From NCBI RefSeq assembly GCF_000143415.4, contig NW_003314283.1:670822-734821 (forward strand): DNA of 64,000 nucleotides, read 5' to 3'. Of this stretch, positions 12,501-24,075 are shown piece after piece. How positions within the stretch are numbered: position 1 is the stretch's first letter; each line of letters opens with the position of its first letter. The notes under the pieces are model-generated. The model was not told the DNA's origin, made no database searches, and worked only from the letters and a program-made list of their open reading frames with translations. A program made the translations under genes and the position numbers. This DNA comes from Selaginella moellendorffii. Its lineage: Eukaryota; Plantae; Lycopodiophyta.

Positions 12501-13400
12501 CATATGTAACTGTAGAGGTTGATAATGTTGAATCTCTTTTGGATAAACGATATATATAATATTGAAGGAGTGTTACATGCTTGTTAGAAGAAAGCTTGTC
12601 ATGCCAAGCTCTATCTTCATGTGGAAAAAGCAATGGATAAACCATAAGATCACAATTAGCATTTAAAATAGATATATGTTGTGGTTCTGATGATTTTGGA
12701 TGAATGCATATTTCACAGTCAAAAGGTGGCATACCATCTTCACTTTGGAAAACTATTGCAACATCATTAGTTTGTGGAGTATTATATCGACGATGGTCTG
12801 TGCCTTCATTTTTAATGAGCATATATACTCCATGTAAATTGCTACCATAAATAAGTTCTTGAAATATTTTCTCATTCCAATTCATACATCATTCTAAAAG
12901 CTTGTGCATGTGGATTAATATGTCAAAGTATCATATCTAGTTGAAGCAGTAAATTATAATCACAGTTAATGTTAAAAGGGTTTTGTTTTCTAATATCAGT
13001 AGCCTCATTGGAATCTAGCATATACAATTGACTGTAACTTGGATTTTGATGTATTGAAGGATGTTATAGCATAATTTTGTGATAGATTTGTCCATGAATT
13101 TCTATAGCAGTATGGACCATGACCCGTAAAAGTATCAATGCTAGCTCCCATAGATGCGAAAGCAAATGCATTATTACATTGTCTTATATTACTCTTGAAA
13201 TTAGAGTGTTTATATGAGTTATATACAGAATACAGAAAAGGTGGTAATGGAAGTATTGGAGGCAGGTAGACCTATCCACTCTAGCAACAAATAAACTTGT
13301 TCTCATCGGCAAAGTGTGAGGCATGACAATACTTACAAATATATGATAAGGGACCTATATTCATTGTCAAAACAGATGTATCATTATATAGGTAATTGCT
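9589..13400 (-). pseudogene. Helitron Rep/helicase (RepHel), broken by stops and deletions
   Basis: N-terminal Zn-finger-like CKYCHASH...CC; Rep motifs FITFTCN, VIEFQKKGLPHCH, YLFQYVYKG; helicase motifs LIWDE, GDFCQTLPVV, ILTP, GQLYVALSR; split over at least five ORFs. Confidence 0.93.
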
Positions 13401-13699
13401 AGCAAGTGTGCTGCAAATCTAAGGTGAACGGGGCAAATAGGAATTGGAAATTGACTGCTGTTTAATGTGATTATTAAGATTTGTTTGATGTCGATACAGA
13501 GTATCCTCTTGATATTACTGTTGTAAAAGCTATATGTATGCTTGTGGTAGTTAGTGTCTTAAACGTTGGAAATGGAGATCAATTATTAGGGCAGATAGAA
13601 AGCAAAAGATTTTTACTGAGGGGTATGGACAGGCATTTCTATGCAATCGGGTGTTGCCAAAAGAACAGATTGATGTGTGTTACTTGATACAGTGTCTTC

Positions 13700-14160
13700 T
13701 TGCAAGACTTACATTTTTGCTACCTCACTGCGAGCGCCATGTTTCCTCCACCAAATTGGGATCTGCAAGGCACACACTCCAATTGATCAGCCCGGGAATT
13801 TGTGGAGTAGCACAGCGCCTCAGATCTACGAGCTCAAATGGAGGATCATCCCGTCGTGTGGCGGCCCAAGAGAAGAAAACCCTGGGAACATGGAGCCTCG
13901 CTGGCCGTTGGATCATCTCCAAGCATTGGAAATCTTCCAAGCTCTTGTCAACATCATATGCATGGAGTAGCAGATTTCCACTCTTTCTTCTTTTCCAGCT
14001 TCACAGACCCCAAGACGTAACGAAGCTGTGAGGATTGCCAATGAATCTCCATCACCATGAAGTGTCTGTCCATCCTGCTCACTCCCTCGGCGAGTTTGGC
14101 AGCCATATCCACCAGTCCATCGCTTGCTTGCTTGCTTGGAAGAGTCACTCCAAAACCTGA
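13700..14160 (-). pseudogene. Possible host gene fragment (PPR-like) captured in the Helitron
   Basis: GC-richer than RepHel, acceptor TTTGTTTCAG at ~14157; one frame reads GNLLLHAYDVDKSLEDFQCLEMIQRP...VFFSWAA, loosely like a PLS-PPR motif. Confidence 0.35.
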
Positions 14161-15559
14161 AACAAATAAAGGTGCATCGGTACTGCCACAAAACGAAATT
14201 ATAAAAAATACGAACAAAGAAGACATGAAAAAGGAAGAGAGAAACTACCATGGGAATATGTGGCCACCAATTCGTTGTGGACAAGAACACTAAACTCCGA
14301 TTCCATTCGGCCACAGGGATCTATCTCACAAAATTATTGCAGGTGGCCCAGGCATTACTGCTTACTTGGTTGTGTGAATTATTTTCCTCGCAGTCCCCCA
14401 GCCGAGAGAATGCTTCTTGTATGGAACGAAGATGGTTGCAAGACGGAAGTAAGCAGTCAAAGCTTGCAGGGCATGATTGGCTCGTTGTCGTCTTGAACAT
14501 GGCTCGCTCGCTCAACTCTCATCCAAAAGTCTTTGCGAGAAAAAATCGAGCAAAGCAGCTGCCAAGCTTTTCGGGGACCTGTTTAGCGAATAAAACAAAG
14601 CATGTGTTATCAAGTGAAGTGATAATGCTTTGCTTACTGCATGAGTTTGTGCTCCTTGTCCCATCGCACCACTGTTGTGTGTGTTGTGTGCGTGAGTGAT
14701 GGAACGATATACCACTTGCTCGTCGCGTGCTCTGGAGCCGACCATCTGCCGCTCACTTTACAATTACGTGCATTCCCTGGAAGAATAGACTCGTCAGTAA
14801 AAACCACAGTATGTTTGGGTAAGCTTACCCCTATTGTCTTGTTGGGATCATCGATGGCTTTCCTCGGGGCCTCAACACTTCTGTACATGATGAAAGAGAA
14901 TCCCCTGCTGGATCAAAAATAGGAATTCCCGTGCCTCACCTCCACACCTCCAGGCTCTGCAACGCCCTTGCTCGCCATCCATTCCAGCAAAATCCCTGGC
15001 CGCTGCTTCCCTGTCGATGCCTCTGGCCACGCCATTGCAGCTGCTCGTCGCCAAAATCCTGCTCGGACGATTTGGGCTCCTTCTGCTGGCTGGAAAAGGG
15101 AATGCAGCATTGCCGAGCGATCCCCTGTCCTTGGTTGCTGCTGGGCAGCAGTGCCCCCTCTCCCGCTTCCCCTGGAAACCCCGTGGTTGGGAGGAGCCGT
15201 GGTGAAAAAAAGAGAGCTTTACCAGGCAAGCAGACGGGTGTCGCTCACACCTCCTCCCCTGGCCGGGGCCATGCCGCGCGCCCACTGGCCAGCCCATAAC
15301 CTCACAAAAATATTTCAAAAGGACGTGTGGTAAGAAACCGATATTTACCAGTTTACCCCACATCCGACGGCCCCGATTGGCCAGATCCGGCGGCCCACAA
15401 AGTTCGGCATTTGCTCCTTATAGTAGTAGATGACAGATGACACACTTCCTCGTAATTAATAATGGGTTTTTTCAATTTGTGATTTCAATTTTTTTTTTCA
15501 ATTTCAATTATTTTATTTGTTTATATTTAGGGTTTTTTTAAATGAATTGCAAAAAAATC

Positions 15560-17480
15560 AAGACTTTAATGTTGTATTATTTTGGTAGAATATCAACCTA
15601 GGACTCAAAGATGCATTCTGATTGTGTTCTTAGGATGCAAGAAATGGAATTTGGTGCTTTATACAGCATTTGATATTGAATCATTATGGTCAAGTAATAG
15701 TTATTGCAAACCCGAACCAACAAGATTGTAATTTTAATATGGGATGCCAAATGTTCGTTTTTGTTGATTATTATTTCCATTATTCCTATTATTATTAGTA
15801 TTATTTTACGCCAAACCAGATTTAAAAGAAATAAGGACTTGTGATTACCACGAGATATAATATTTCAGACGGAATGTAACATGAAATAGATACAGTGAAT
15901 TCGGGAAAGATTTCATAGTGCAGGGAACGCTACTGGAATGTTTTATTGATTTAGAATCCAGTAGGAAACGTTGAGAACAAGCTCATCAAGTTCCACATGA
16001 TTAATTTTTATATGTTTCACGAAGTGTTTTAGACCTTTTGTTTTAGTGTGACTACTATTCCTAGTAGATTTCGTCCACCACTAGGAAACCTCCAACGCTC
16101 TTTGAATTTTTTTTGTACTCATGTGACAGCATAAGAATTGCCTATAGACTAGAGCATTTGTATCCATTTGGAACCGTGTGCTCGGACTCCACTATTGACA
16201 ACGAAAAGCATGTAATACCCGGAGGGCTATTGTTTTTGTAGGACGCGCTCGTACTACGAACATATAGTATCCAGAATTCTCATCAACTCGCAGCCGATTC
16301 ATGGAACACGCGTGTGTCGCAAAAGCTGGAGCATGCTTCCGTGTCACCCAATACCGAAAGCAAGAACTCGATCATGATCTGAAAGTTGTATCCAACTTGG
16401 AGATGGAACTTATCTCAGCTCTCACACCATCGAAATACGATTCCAAGTATCAGGGCTGAAAGCTTCGATCCTCAGCTCCATGGGAACAAAACTCCGCTAA
16501 AGTTATAGCCAACGTTTGGATTGCTCCCGGCCACGAAAACTGGTATCCAGTAGTAAAACTGTGGAGTGGTACACATAACAGCTGACATTCCATCCATAAA
16601 ATGCAATCGTCCATCTTAGGATATCTAAAAGAAGAAATGTTAGAGAAATACGAGAAGAAGAAGAAACGAAACTTTGAGCTCACCATCAAGTGTCTTTGGA
16701 TCTACCCTTGTTGAAGTGGCTCTGGTAAGGAATTCCATGACTTGCAACACCAGTGAACTTGGTTGCAAGCACTGCACAAATCTTGACCGCTTGGGCCATT
16801 TCCAATCCTTGTGAAACAATGAAACTGATGGAGAGCTTTCCAGGTTTGAAAAATCACTAGTTTGATCATCCAAACTCGATTAAGTGGCGGTTAAGCGGGG
16901 CAATCGCGGCCGCTGGTGCGGTGGGGTGGTTGACCGATTATCCCTTCGTGCCTCGCCGCTCGTCCAGGGATGCGAGGAGATTCCCGGGTACCTCAAGAGC
17001 TTCGCGGTGGAGTTTGGGCTTGGCGACGTGAGGTTTAACTCCAAAGTCAAGTATGTTGGATTGGTGGAGAGCAATTGGATAGTCAAGAGCTCGAGCAGGA
17101 AGAAAAGAGAGTGAGGAGGTGTTCGACGCGGTCGTGGTTTGCAATGGTCACTATTTCCAGCCAAGAGTTGTTCAAATTCCTGGTAAGTTTTTCCAAAGCA
17201 ACGAATAACTTTCATAAATAGAGAGAAGAACTCTTTCTCTCTATTCAGATCCCCAAGAAGCGACCTCCCGCGGCAAATTCGTGCGCAGGGATTCATAGAT
17301 GCTGCTGAGAGTGATTCTCTTGGTGGAGGATCATATACCCATGTACCTCCGATTCGTCGGGCTTGTTCGAAGATCACGACGCTGTGGTCCTCTCGCAGGA
17401 GCTCCCGGACGCACCAGCGCCAATCACTGCTACTTTGGTTCTCACTATTAGCATCTACTTTGATTATTCCAAGTCAAACT
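15560..17480. pseudogene. Mosaic pseudogene of lectin, GLOX and FMO fragments
   Basis: 15560-15780 ~ 21790-22040; 15780-16573 ~ 22100-22934; 16577-16875 ~ 19188-19511; 16936-17250 ~ inverted 19925-19585; 17262-17478 ~ 19938-20225. All pieces carry many small deletions. Confidence 0.9.
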
Positions 17481-18472
17481 AGCATTGGTACCTCAGCCAA
17501 GCCACCCGAGTAACTTGAATCCCAATTGAAACTATCAAAGATTCAATCTTTGAGAGTATTCATATCCCTCTTACATTGTTCTTGTATGTAAAATGCAGGA
17601 AGAGCTAGTACCAAGACGGGAGATGATGGATTTTCGGATGTATCCCAAGGTGTTCTTCGAGGAAGGACTCCTGTGGAGCTTCTTGTTCGTGAGGTTCATC
17701 ATGCCTCCCGGAGCTCCAGAAACGGTATCAATGATTTTATCTATAACATGTTTGATCCAATGTGATATAGTTTTAAAAGCTATTTCATCCAACTAAGTGG
17801 GCGTGCGAGCTCAGTGCTGCCATCACGGTGCCAGTTTTCCAGTGGGTAGTAGTGCGAGGTAAAAAAGCAGATTTGATCCTACTTTGCTCTTTTCTATATC
17901 CTTTTTTTTACCGAACATCGAAAGGTGCTCAAGATGCTGCTAGGGCGTCCTTGTGCTTGCGGCGCACCGAATAGTTTCTCTTTGTATGCATTTAAGAATC
18001 TTGACACTGCTGTTTTGTTTCACTCCGTCTAAGCATGATGTAAAAATACTTTTCCAGGTGTATAGAACAGCACCTGTGCTGGAATGTGCGTAAACGTGTT
18101 AAAAATTCCCCCCAGGAAATATTCACAAAAAGATTGATGTTATCATATGTTCTCCCTTGATCACTCTTGAACATTTTGTTGTAGATTTGGAGTTGGACTC
18201 TGCCCACTCTCGAAGAAGATCCAGCACTGAAGCAACCATGTCTCCAGCTTTGTAAGTTTATATTCTTTGTATATCATAGAAATTTTGCTCACTAGACTCT
18301 GCTTATTTGGTTAAAGGTCCAACTTAAATGAACATTTTCTAAGTGTGCCATCTGGATATTTATCTGTTGTTTTATGTTCATTGCAAAGAAAAAGAAAAGA
18401 CCTTATTGCTATTATTCCTTCATTGTTATTCTTATTGTTTCTTAGACATTATTGTTATTGTTATTGTTATTT

Positions 18473-20175
18473 TTATTGTTCACGCATGAAAAAGCTGGTA
18501 GCCAGGACGCCTACCACCTTTTCATGCAAATCATTGTCACTCCATTCATCTCTATAGCTATCTGAATTGAGCTTCCTGTTATCTCGTGTGCTTAGAAAGA
18601 GCTCCTTCCTCCAAGGCTCAAAGCCATGGCAAGTTCCTCCACACTGCTTTGCTAGCCATTCAGCATAGTCGAACTAGATGGAAACAGTAGGCATTAGAAA
18701 CTAAAAGAGATAAAAACTAAAGAAGAGAGAAAAAGAAAACAAACCATCTCGAGATCTAGCCGGTGTGTGTGTCGATTTGGAACTCTCTGAGCTTCGAGAG
18801 TTCTGTAAAAGCCCACAACGTCGTTCGCCATCTCTCCTTTCGGTGGTAAACTAGCTCGTCCTTTGAGCACGGCAGAAATCCATTTAGCTTGTAGCTCGCT
18901 CAAAGGAAAAGGGATAGTCTGGAAAGGACGACAACTTAGATGGAAGAGCTCGAAGAAATAAACGATGAAAACCTTCCAAGGCAGGCCAATAAACGAGAGA
19001 GATGGAGCCAACGCAGGAGGAAAGACATGCTTAAACAAAGGTCCAACGCGATTGTCTTCCACTTTAACGTAGTTTTTGGTATCCAAGAATGAGAAGTCAT
19101 ATAAGTAACTGCAAAAGCACATTATGTGAAACGAAAAAGAGAAGGAGAACTCGTAAATTACCCAGTGCAATGCAAGATAGCATCCACAACAGCTGATGTT
19201 CCATCCATAAAATGCAATCGTCCATCTTTGTCAGCTTTTGATATCTGAGAGTAGAAACTTTAGAGAGAAGACGAAAACAACGCAACTTTGATCTTACCAT
19301 CAAGTGTCTTTGGATCTTCCCTTGTTGAAGTGACTCTACCGGAGAATTCCATAACTTGGCACACCAGTGAACTTTCTTGCAATCAGCAGCAATGTCGCTG
19401 CACAAATCTTGGCCACTTGGACCATTTCCAATCACTGCTACCACCTTGTGAAACAATGAAACTGATGGAGAGCTTTCCAGGTTTGAAAAATCACTAGTTT
19501 GATCATCCAAACCTGGTCTTTGAAAAGATCTGGAGTGCGATAGGTATGACTGTGGTATTGTTTTCCAGGCCACTTCTCAATCCCTGTAGAAACAAAGAGT
19601 TCTTCGTTCTATCTATGAAGTTCTTAGATGTTTTGAGAAGACTTACCAGGAATTTGAGCGACCCTTGGCTGGAAATAATGGCCATTACAAACCACGACCG
19701 CGTCAAACACCTCCTCACTCTCTTTTTCTTCCTTTCCAGCGCTGCTCGAGCTCTTGACGATCCAATTGCTCTCCACCAATCCAACATACTTGACTTTGGA
19801 GTTAAATCTCACGTAGCCATGGAGCCCAAACTCCACCGTAAAGCTCTCGAGGTAATCCAAGACTTCCTCGTGGCCGGGGAATCTCCTCGCATCCCTGGAC
19901 GAGCGGCGCGGCACGAAAGGATAATCCAAGAAGCCCATGACCTCCCGCGGCAAATTCGTGCGCAGCGATTGATAGATGCTGCTGTGGCATGAATGATTGC
20001 GGGCCACATTTGATGATCTAGAGTGAGACTCTTGCGGTGGAGGATCATACACCCATGTACCTCCGATTCGCCGGGCTTGCTCGAAGATCACGACGCTGTG
20101 GCCCTCTCGCAGGAGCTCCCGAGCAGCTACAAGACCCGACGCGCCAGCGCCAATCACTGCTACTCTCTTCTCCAT
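18473..20175 (-). CDS. Flavin-containing monooxygenase, FMO GS-OX-like clade (about 7 exons)
   Basis: FAD motif VAVIGAGASG, LRTNLPRE, VVVCNGHY, FMO motif WPGKQYHSHTY, NADPH motif GNGPSG, LHCTGY. GT-AG introns; ends ...FFMREQ* at 18473. Confidence 0.93.
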
Positions 20176-20464
20176 GGTTCTCGCGATTAGGGCATCTACT
20201 TTGATTATTCCAGTCAGTGGTCAAAGTAGATTAAGGATTATACTAACAATACCAGATTTGCCATATGTAAATGTAGGAAGATGGAGAACTCTTGTGGAGC
20301 AGCGAGCTGTGAGTTTTATCTATAACCCAATGTCATAAAGCTATTTCCAACTATGTGGGCGTATCAAGATTTGATATCCTTTTTTTTAAGTAGATGGTTA
20401 AGCTAGTTCTCTCTATAATATCATAGAAAATTCGCTTACTAAACTCTGTTTAACTCAGTGTCCT

Positions 20465-20905
20465 ACTACGGCCCGAAGAGCTATCCAATACTCCCGCAAG
20501 TTTTTAGAGAAGTCTTGAATGACACTTCCAAGGGTCATGGTAAACTTGCCAACCAGAGAAGTTCTCATTATCAACGGGGCTCAACAAGGTACCGCCGGAA
20601 TGGAGATGCGCGAGAAACCCAGCTTTAACACTACTCTTGCATTCAACTTAAGTTCACCACTCTAGCTTCCACAAGCATCCCACGCACGGTAATTTACGAG
20701 TTCTCTTTCTCTTTTTCGTTTCATATAATGTGCTTTTACATCCTTGGACACGGAAGACAATCACGTTGGACCTTTTTTTAAGCATGTATTTCGTCCTGCG
20801 TTGACTCCATCTCTCGTTTGTTGGCCTGCCTTAGAAGGTTTTCATCATTTATTTTCTTTGAGATCTTGCATCTAAGTTGTCGTCCTTTCCAAACTATTCC
20901 TTTTC
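20465..20905 (+). pseudogene. Inverted GLOX-FMO chimeric fragment
   Basis: 20520-20686 is the reverse complement of GLOX 23125-22935, fused at ~20687 to the reverse complement of FMO 19162-18900. Confidence 0.88.
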
Positions 20906-21154
20906 CTTAACTTATACAGAACTGTAAACGCAAGGAACAATAACATTTTCTTTTTGCAATGAACATCAAACAACAGTTTATACATATCTATAGGACAGAT
21001 GGCACACTTAGAAGATGTTTAATTTTTATTTCCAGCATAGTTACATGTTTTAAGATCATTGGCCCAACTAGGAACTCTGGACCTCAAGGAGAAGAGCCTT
21101 GTCTCTAACCAACAGGTTGACAAATGCTTGATATTTGTTCACTCAATATTGAAA

Positions 21155-22069
21155 ATGTTTTTGCTGCCTTGCATCTTGATCTATTATACTGTTTTCCCTA
21201 TGGCATTAGTAATAGCTCCTGGTAAAGAAATGGTCTTTGTATTTAAAGGAACCTCTGGAGCACTTACTCGAGGAGATATTGATCGTGTATTCTTTCATCT
21301 ACGTATGTCTCCTATTTTTGAGTTGTATGAGTCGGAATCAACACCTGTAAAAACAGTAATCAAGAACAGCATTACAGAAGAGGGCAGCGATCGTGTAATT
21401 GATATCTATTTTTACATTTTCTCAGCATCCACAGATTGTAGTCGGCCTAATGAGAATGGAAGAGTGAATAATACCAAAGTTATTAAAGTGATAGATAGAG
21501 TGGCAAAATTAGTTTTACCCCAAGCACTATCTACACGTGCATCTTATTATTTTATATTTATTGCAGACCCAGAAGTTGGAGTCTTTGGTTTAGCATATGT
21601 TGTAAGAGGATACCACTCACGTCCAATGGCCCCATCAAATGAAAATATAATAGCTACAGGGTCTTATTTTTCTTGCAATCCAGAGGATTTTACACTTTTC
21701 AGTGGATACAAAAATATGATTCTAGCAACCAGGTGGCCTGGTCAATGGCTAGTATTTTTCTTGAAATCAATTATTTTTATAATGCAAGAAGACTGTAATG
21801 CTGTATTATATTTTGGTAAAATATCAATCTGGGACTCAAAAACATATGGGATGAGTTTTGATTGTGTTTTTAGGATGCAAGAGGATGGAAATTTAGTGCT
21901 TTATGGAGCATTTGATATTGAATCATTATGGTCAAGTAGTAGTTATTGCAAGCCCCAACCAAATTGTGTTGCACCCTCAGAATTGGCACTTGAACAAGAC
22001 TGTAATTTGGTTGTTTATAAATATGGGAAGCCAAATGTTCAATCTTGGGCAAGCAAAACCAAATGCTAA
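21155..22069 (+). CDS. Intronless protein with a C-terminal bulb-type (GNA-like) lectin domain and an unrecognised N-terminal domain
   Basis: QEDCNAVLY, QEDGNLVLY and EQDCNLVVY match QxDxNxVxY. First ATG is at 21155 and is followed by a hydrophobic signal-like segment. Confidence 0.8.
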   Translation: MFLLPCILIYYTVFPMALVIAPGKEMVFVFKGTSGALTRGDIDRVFFHLRMSPIFELYESESTPVKTVIKNSITEEGSDRVIDIYFYIFSASTDCSRPNENGRVNNTKVIKVIDRVAKLVLPQALSTRASYYFIFIADPEVGVFGLAYVVRGYHSRPMAPSNENIIATGSYFSCNPEDFTLFSGYKNMILATRWPGQWLVFFLKSIIFIMQEDCNAVLYFGKISIWDSKTYGMSFDCVFRMQEDGNLVLYGAFDIESLWSSSSYCKPQPNCVAPSELALEQDCNLVVYKYGKPNVQSWASKTKC

Positions 22070-22461
22070 GCTTAGTATGGTTATTGTTGATTATTATTTT
22101 TAATTCTATTATTATTATTATTATTTATGTTTGATTATAGTTTCAAAGAAAATAAGGCAGATATAATATTTTCCGAAGGAATGTAGCATGGACTACCCTC
22201 TGCATGGAGCAACCTGGTGAAATAGATGCAGTAAAGTCAGTGAAAGATTTCATGCACTATGACGCTACTGCCTTTTTTATTGATTTAGGATCCAGACAAC
22301 ACAAGTCAAAGCGTTGAGAAGAAGCCCCGACGAACGTTTCACAAAGTTTTAGTGTCACTACTATTCCTAGTAGATTTCGTCCGCCACTAGGAAACCTCCA
22401 AAGTCTTTCTGTGTGGAATCCCTTGTAAAATTCATGTGAAAGAATAAAAATTGCCTATAGA

Positions 22462-24075
22462 CTAGAGCATTTGTATCCATTTCCCTGTGCTGGGGACTCC
22501 ACTATTGACAATGAAAAGCATATAATACCCCGGAGGGGCTATTGTTTTTGTAGGAGGCGCTCGTACTACGAACGTATAGTATCCAGAATTCTCATCAAGT
22601 ACTGGCGAGCTCGATTCCAGCTTGAGCAGCCTCTGATTCATGGAATACGCGTGTGTCGCAAAGGCTGGAGCATATAAAGTAGCTTCCATGTCGCCCAATA
22701 CCGAGACCGAGAACTCGATCGTGATCTGAGAGTTGTATCCAATCACCACCTTGGACATGGAACTTATTTCAGCTCTCACACCATCGAAATACGAGTCCAA
22801 GTATGGAGGGCTGAAAGCTTCGATCCTCAGCTCCGTGGGGAACAAAACTTCGCTAAAGTCATAGCCAACGTTTGGATTGCTCCCGGCCACGAGAACTCTG
22901 GTATCCGGTAGCAAAATCGCTGTGGAGTGGTACATGCGTGGGATACTTGCGGAAGCTAGAGTGGTGAACTTGGATGACGAAGTTGAGGAGGGAGAATACA
23001 AGAGTGGTGTCAAAGCTGGGTTTCTCGCGAATCTCCATCCGGCGGTGCCTTGTTGAGCCCCGTTGATAATGAGAACTTCTCCGGTTGGTAAGTTTACCAT
23101 GTCGCCCATGACCCTTGGAAGTGGCATCTCTTCCAATATCCAACTTGGGTTATTGTCCGTCACCACCATTCTCCCACAAGTTTTTAGAGCAGTCTCGAAC
23201 GACCCCGACGATGCTTGCTTATAAGCCGTCTTTGAAGCTCCACCACAGATCAGCACCTCCACGCGCTGGAATCTCTGCGAGGCGAGCAGCGGGAGCATGA
23301 CCGAGGATCCCGACGCTGGATAGTTCCTCGCGCCGCCTGGTAGACTCGGGTAGGACCGGACGACCTTGTTGTTCTTGTAGTCGAGAAGAATCGACTCGGA
23401 GTTTGCAAAGACGAACAGGTTCCCGTCCGGGAGGAGGTGCAAGAAGGGATAGAGATTGTTCTCGGATCGCTCATCGCTGGTCGAGCGAAGAAACGGAAGG
23501 CTGTAGAGGTGACCATCTCCAGGGACGAATTCATAGCTGAATGCCACTCGACCACCGACGACTATAACGCGATTATCCGGAAGAATCTGGTTCGAGGCGT
23601 ACCATCGAGGCCTCTGGAGGCCTCCCGGCTGCTCGGTCCAGTTGCAATCCTCGCAAAAGTTGTAGTGGCGGACGACTCTAGCGCCATCGTTCCATCCCCC
23701 TGTTTGAGTGAACGTACCATCGGCTCGAAACGCCCCCGAGGAGCACCAGGTATCTGTAAGAACTTCCAGGGGACGAATGTTGCGAGTGGGAATTTGGAGC
23801 TCCACCGAGTGAGCCCAGCAGTCGATCTTGAGCGCGAGATCCGAGGAATCGTTCCGGCATCGTCCGTGCGGGAGCCTTATCGCCGAGGGTCCGTAGTCCG
23901 TCCTGTCGAATATGAGAACTTTGTTGGTGTGTGAGACGAGCATATGCATGGCTGATACACCGGAGTTTTCGACGAGCAATTCCCAGGACCCACGAGGAGA
24001 AGCTCCGGAGCCATGCCTGAAAGCTCCAGAAACCCACAATGCTAGCACTAGTGTTGTGATCACCCGGAGTTCCAT
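22462..24075 (-). CDS. Secreted glyoxal/aldehyde oxidase (GLOX, AA5 copper radical oxidase), intronless, 537 aa
   Basis: Signal peptide, GVSAMHM, TDTWCSSG, RWYASNQILPD, RNYPASGSSVMLPL, PRMYHS, FATHAYSMNQR, APPGYYMLF. Confidence 0.95.
   Translation of the reverse strand: MELRVITTLVLALWVSGAFRHGSGASPRGSWELLVENSGVSAMHMLVSHTNKVLIFDRTDYGPSAIRLPHGRCRNDSSDLALKIDCWAHSVELQIPTRNIRPLEVLTDTWCSSGAFRADGTFTQTGGWNDGARVVRHYNFCEDCNWTEQPGGLQRPRWYASNQILPDNRVIVVGGRVAFSYEFVPGDGHLYSLPFLRSTSDERSENNLYPFLHLLPDGNLFVFANSESILLDYKNNKVVRSYPSLPGGARNYPASGSSVMLPLLASQRFQRVEVLICGGASKTAYKQASSGSFETALKTCGRMVVTDNNPSWILEEMPLPRVMGDMVNLPTGEVLIINGAQQGTAGWRFARNPALTPLLYSPSSTSSSKFTTLASASIPRMYHSTAILLPDTRVLVAGSNPNVGYDFSEVLFPTELRIEAFSPPYLDSYFDGVRAEISSMSKVVIGYNSQITIEFSVSVLGDMEATLYAPAFATHAYSMNQRLLKLESSSPVLDENSGYYTFVVRAPPTKTIAPPGYYMLFIVNSGVPSTGKWIQML

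Larger units (their letters stand above)
9349..15430 (-). mobile_element. Helitron with both termini and a defective RepHel
   Basis: 5' end TCTACTACTATAAG at 15430, preceded by A. 3' end hairpin CCCAGC-ACTG-GCTGGG (9359-9374) then CAAATA-CTAG, followed by T. Internal Rep and Pif1-helicase motifs. Confidence 0.92.

Noticed and set aside
14872-15363. Overlapping GC-rich ORFs on both strands
   Set aside because: Helitron 5' subterminal sequence with no recognisable motifs.
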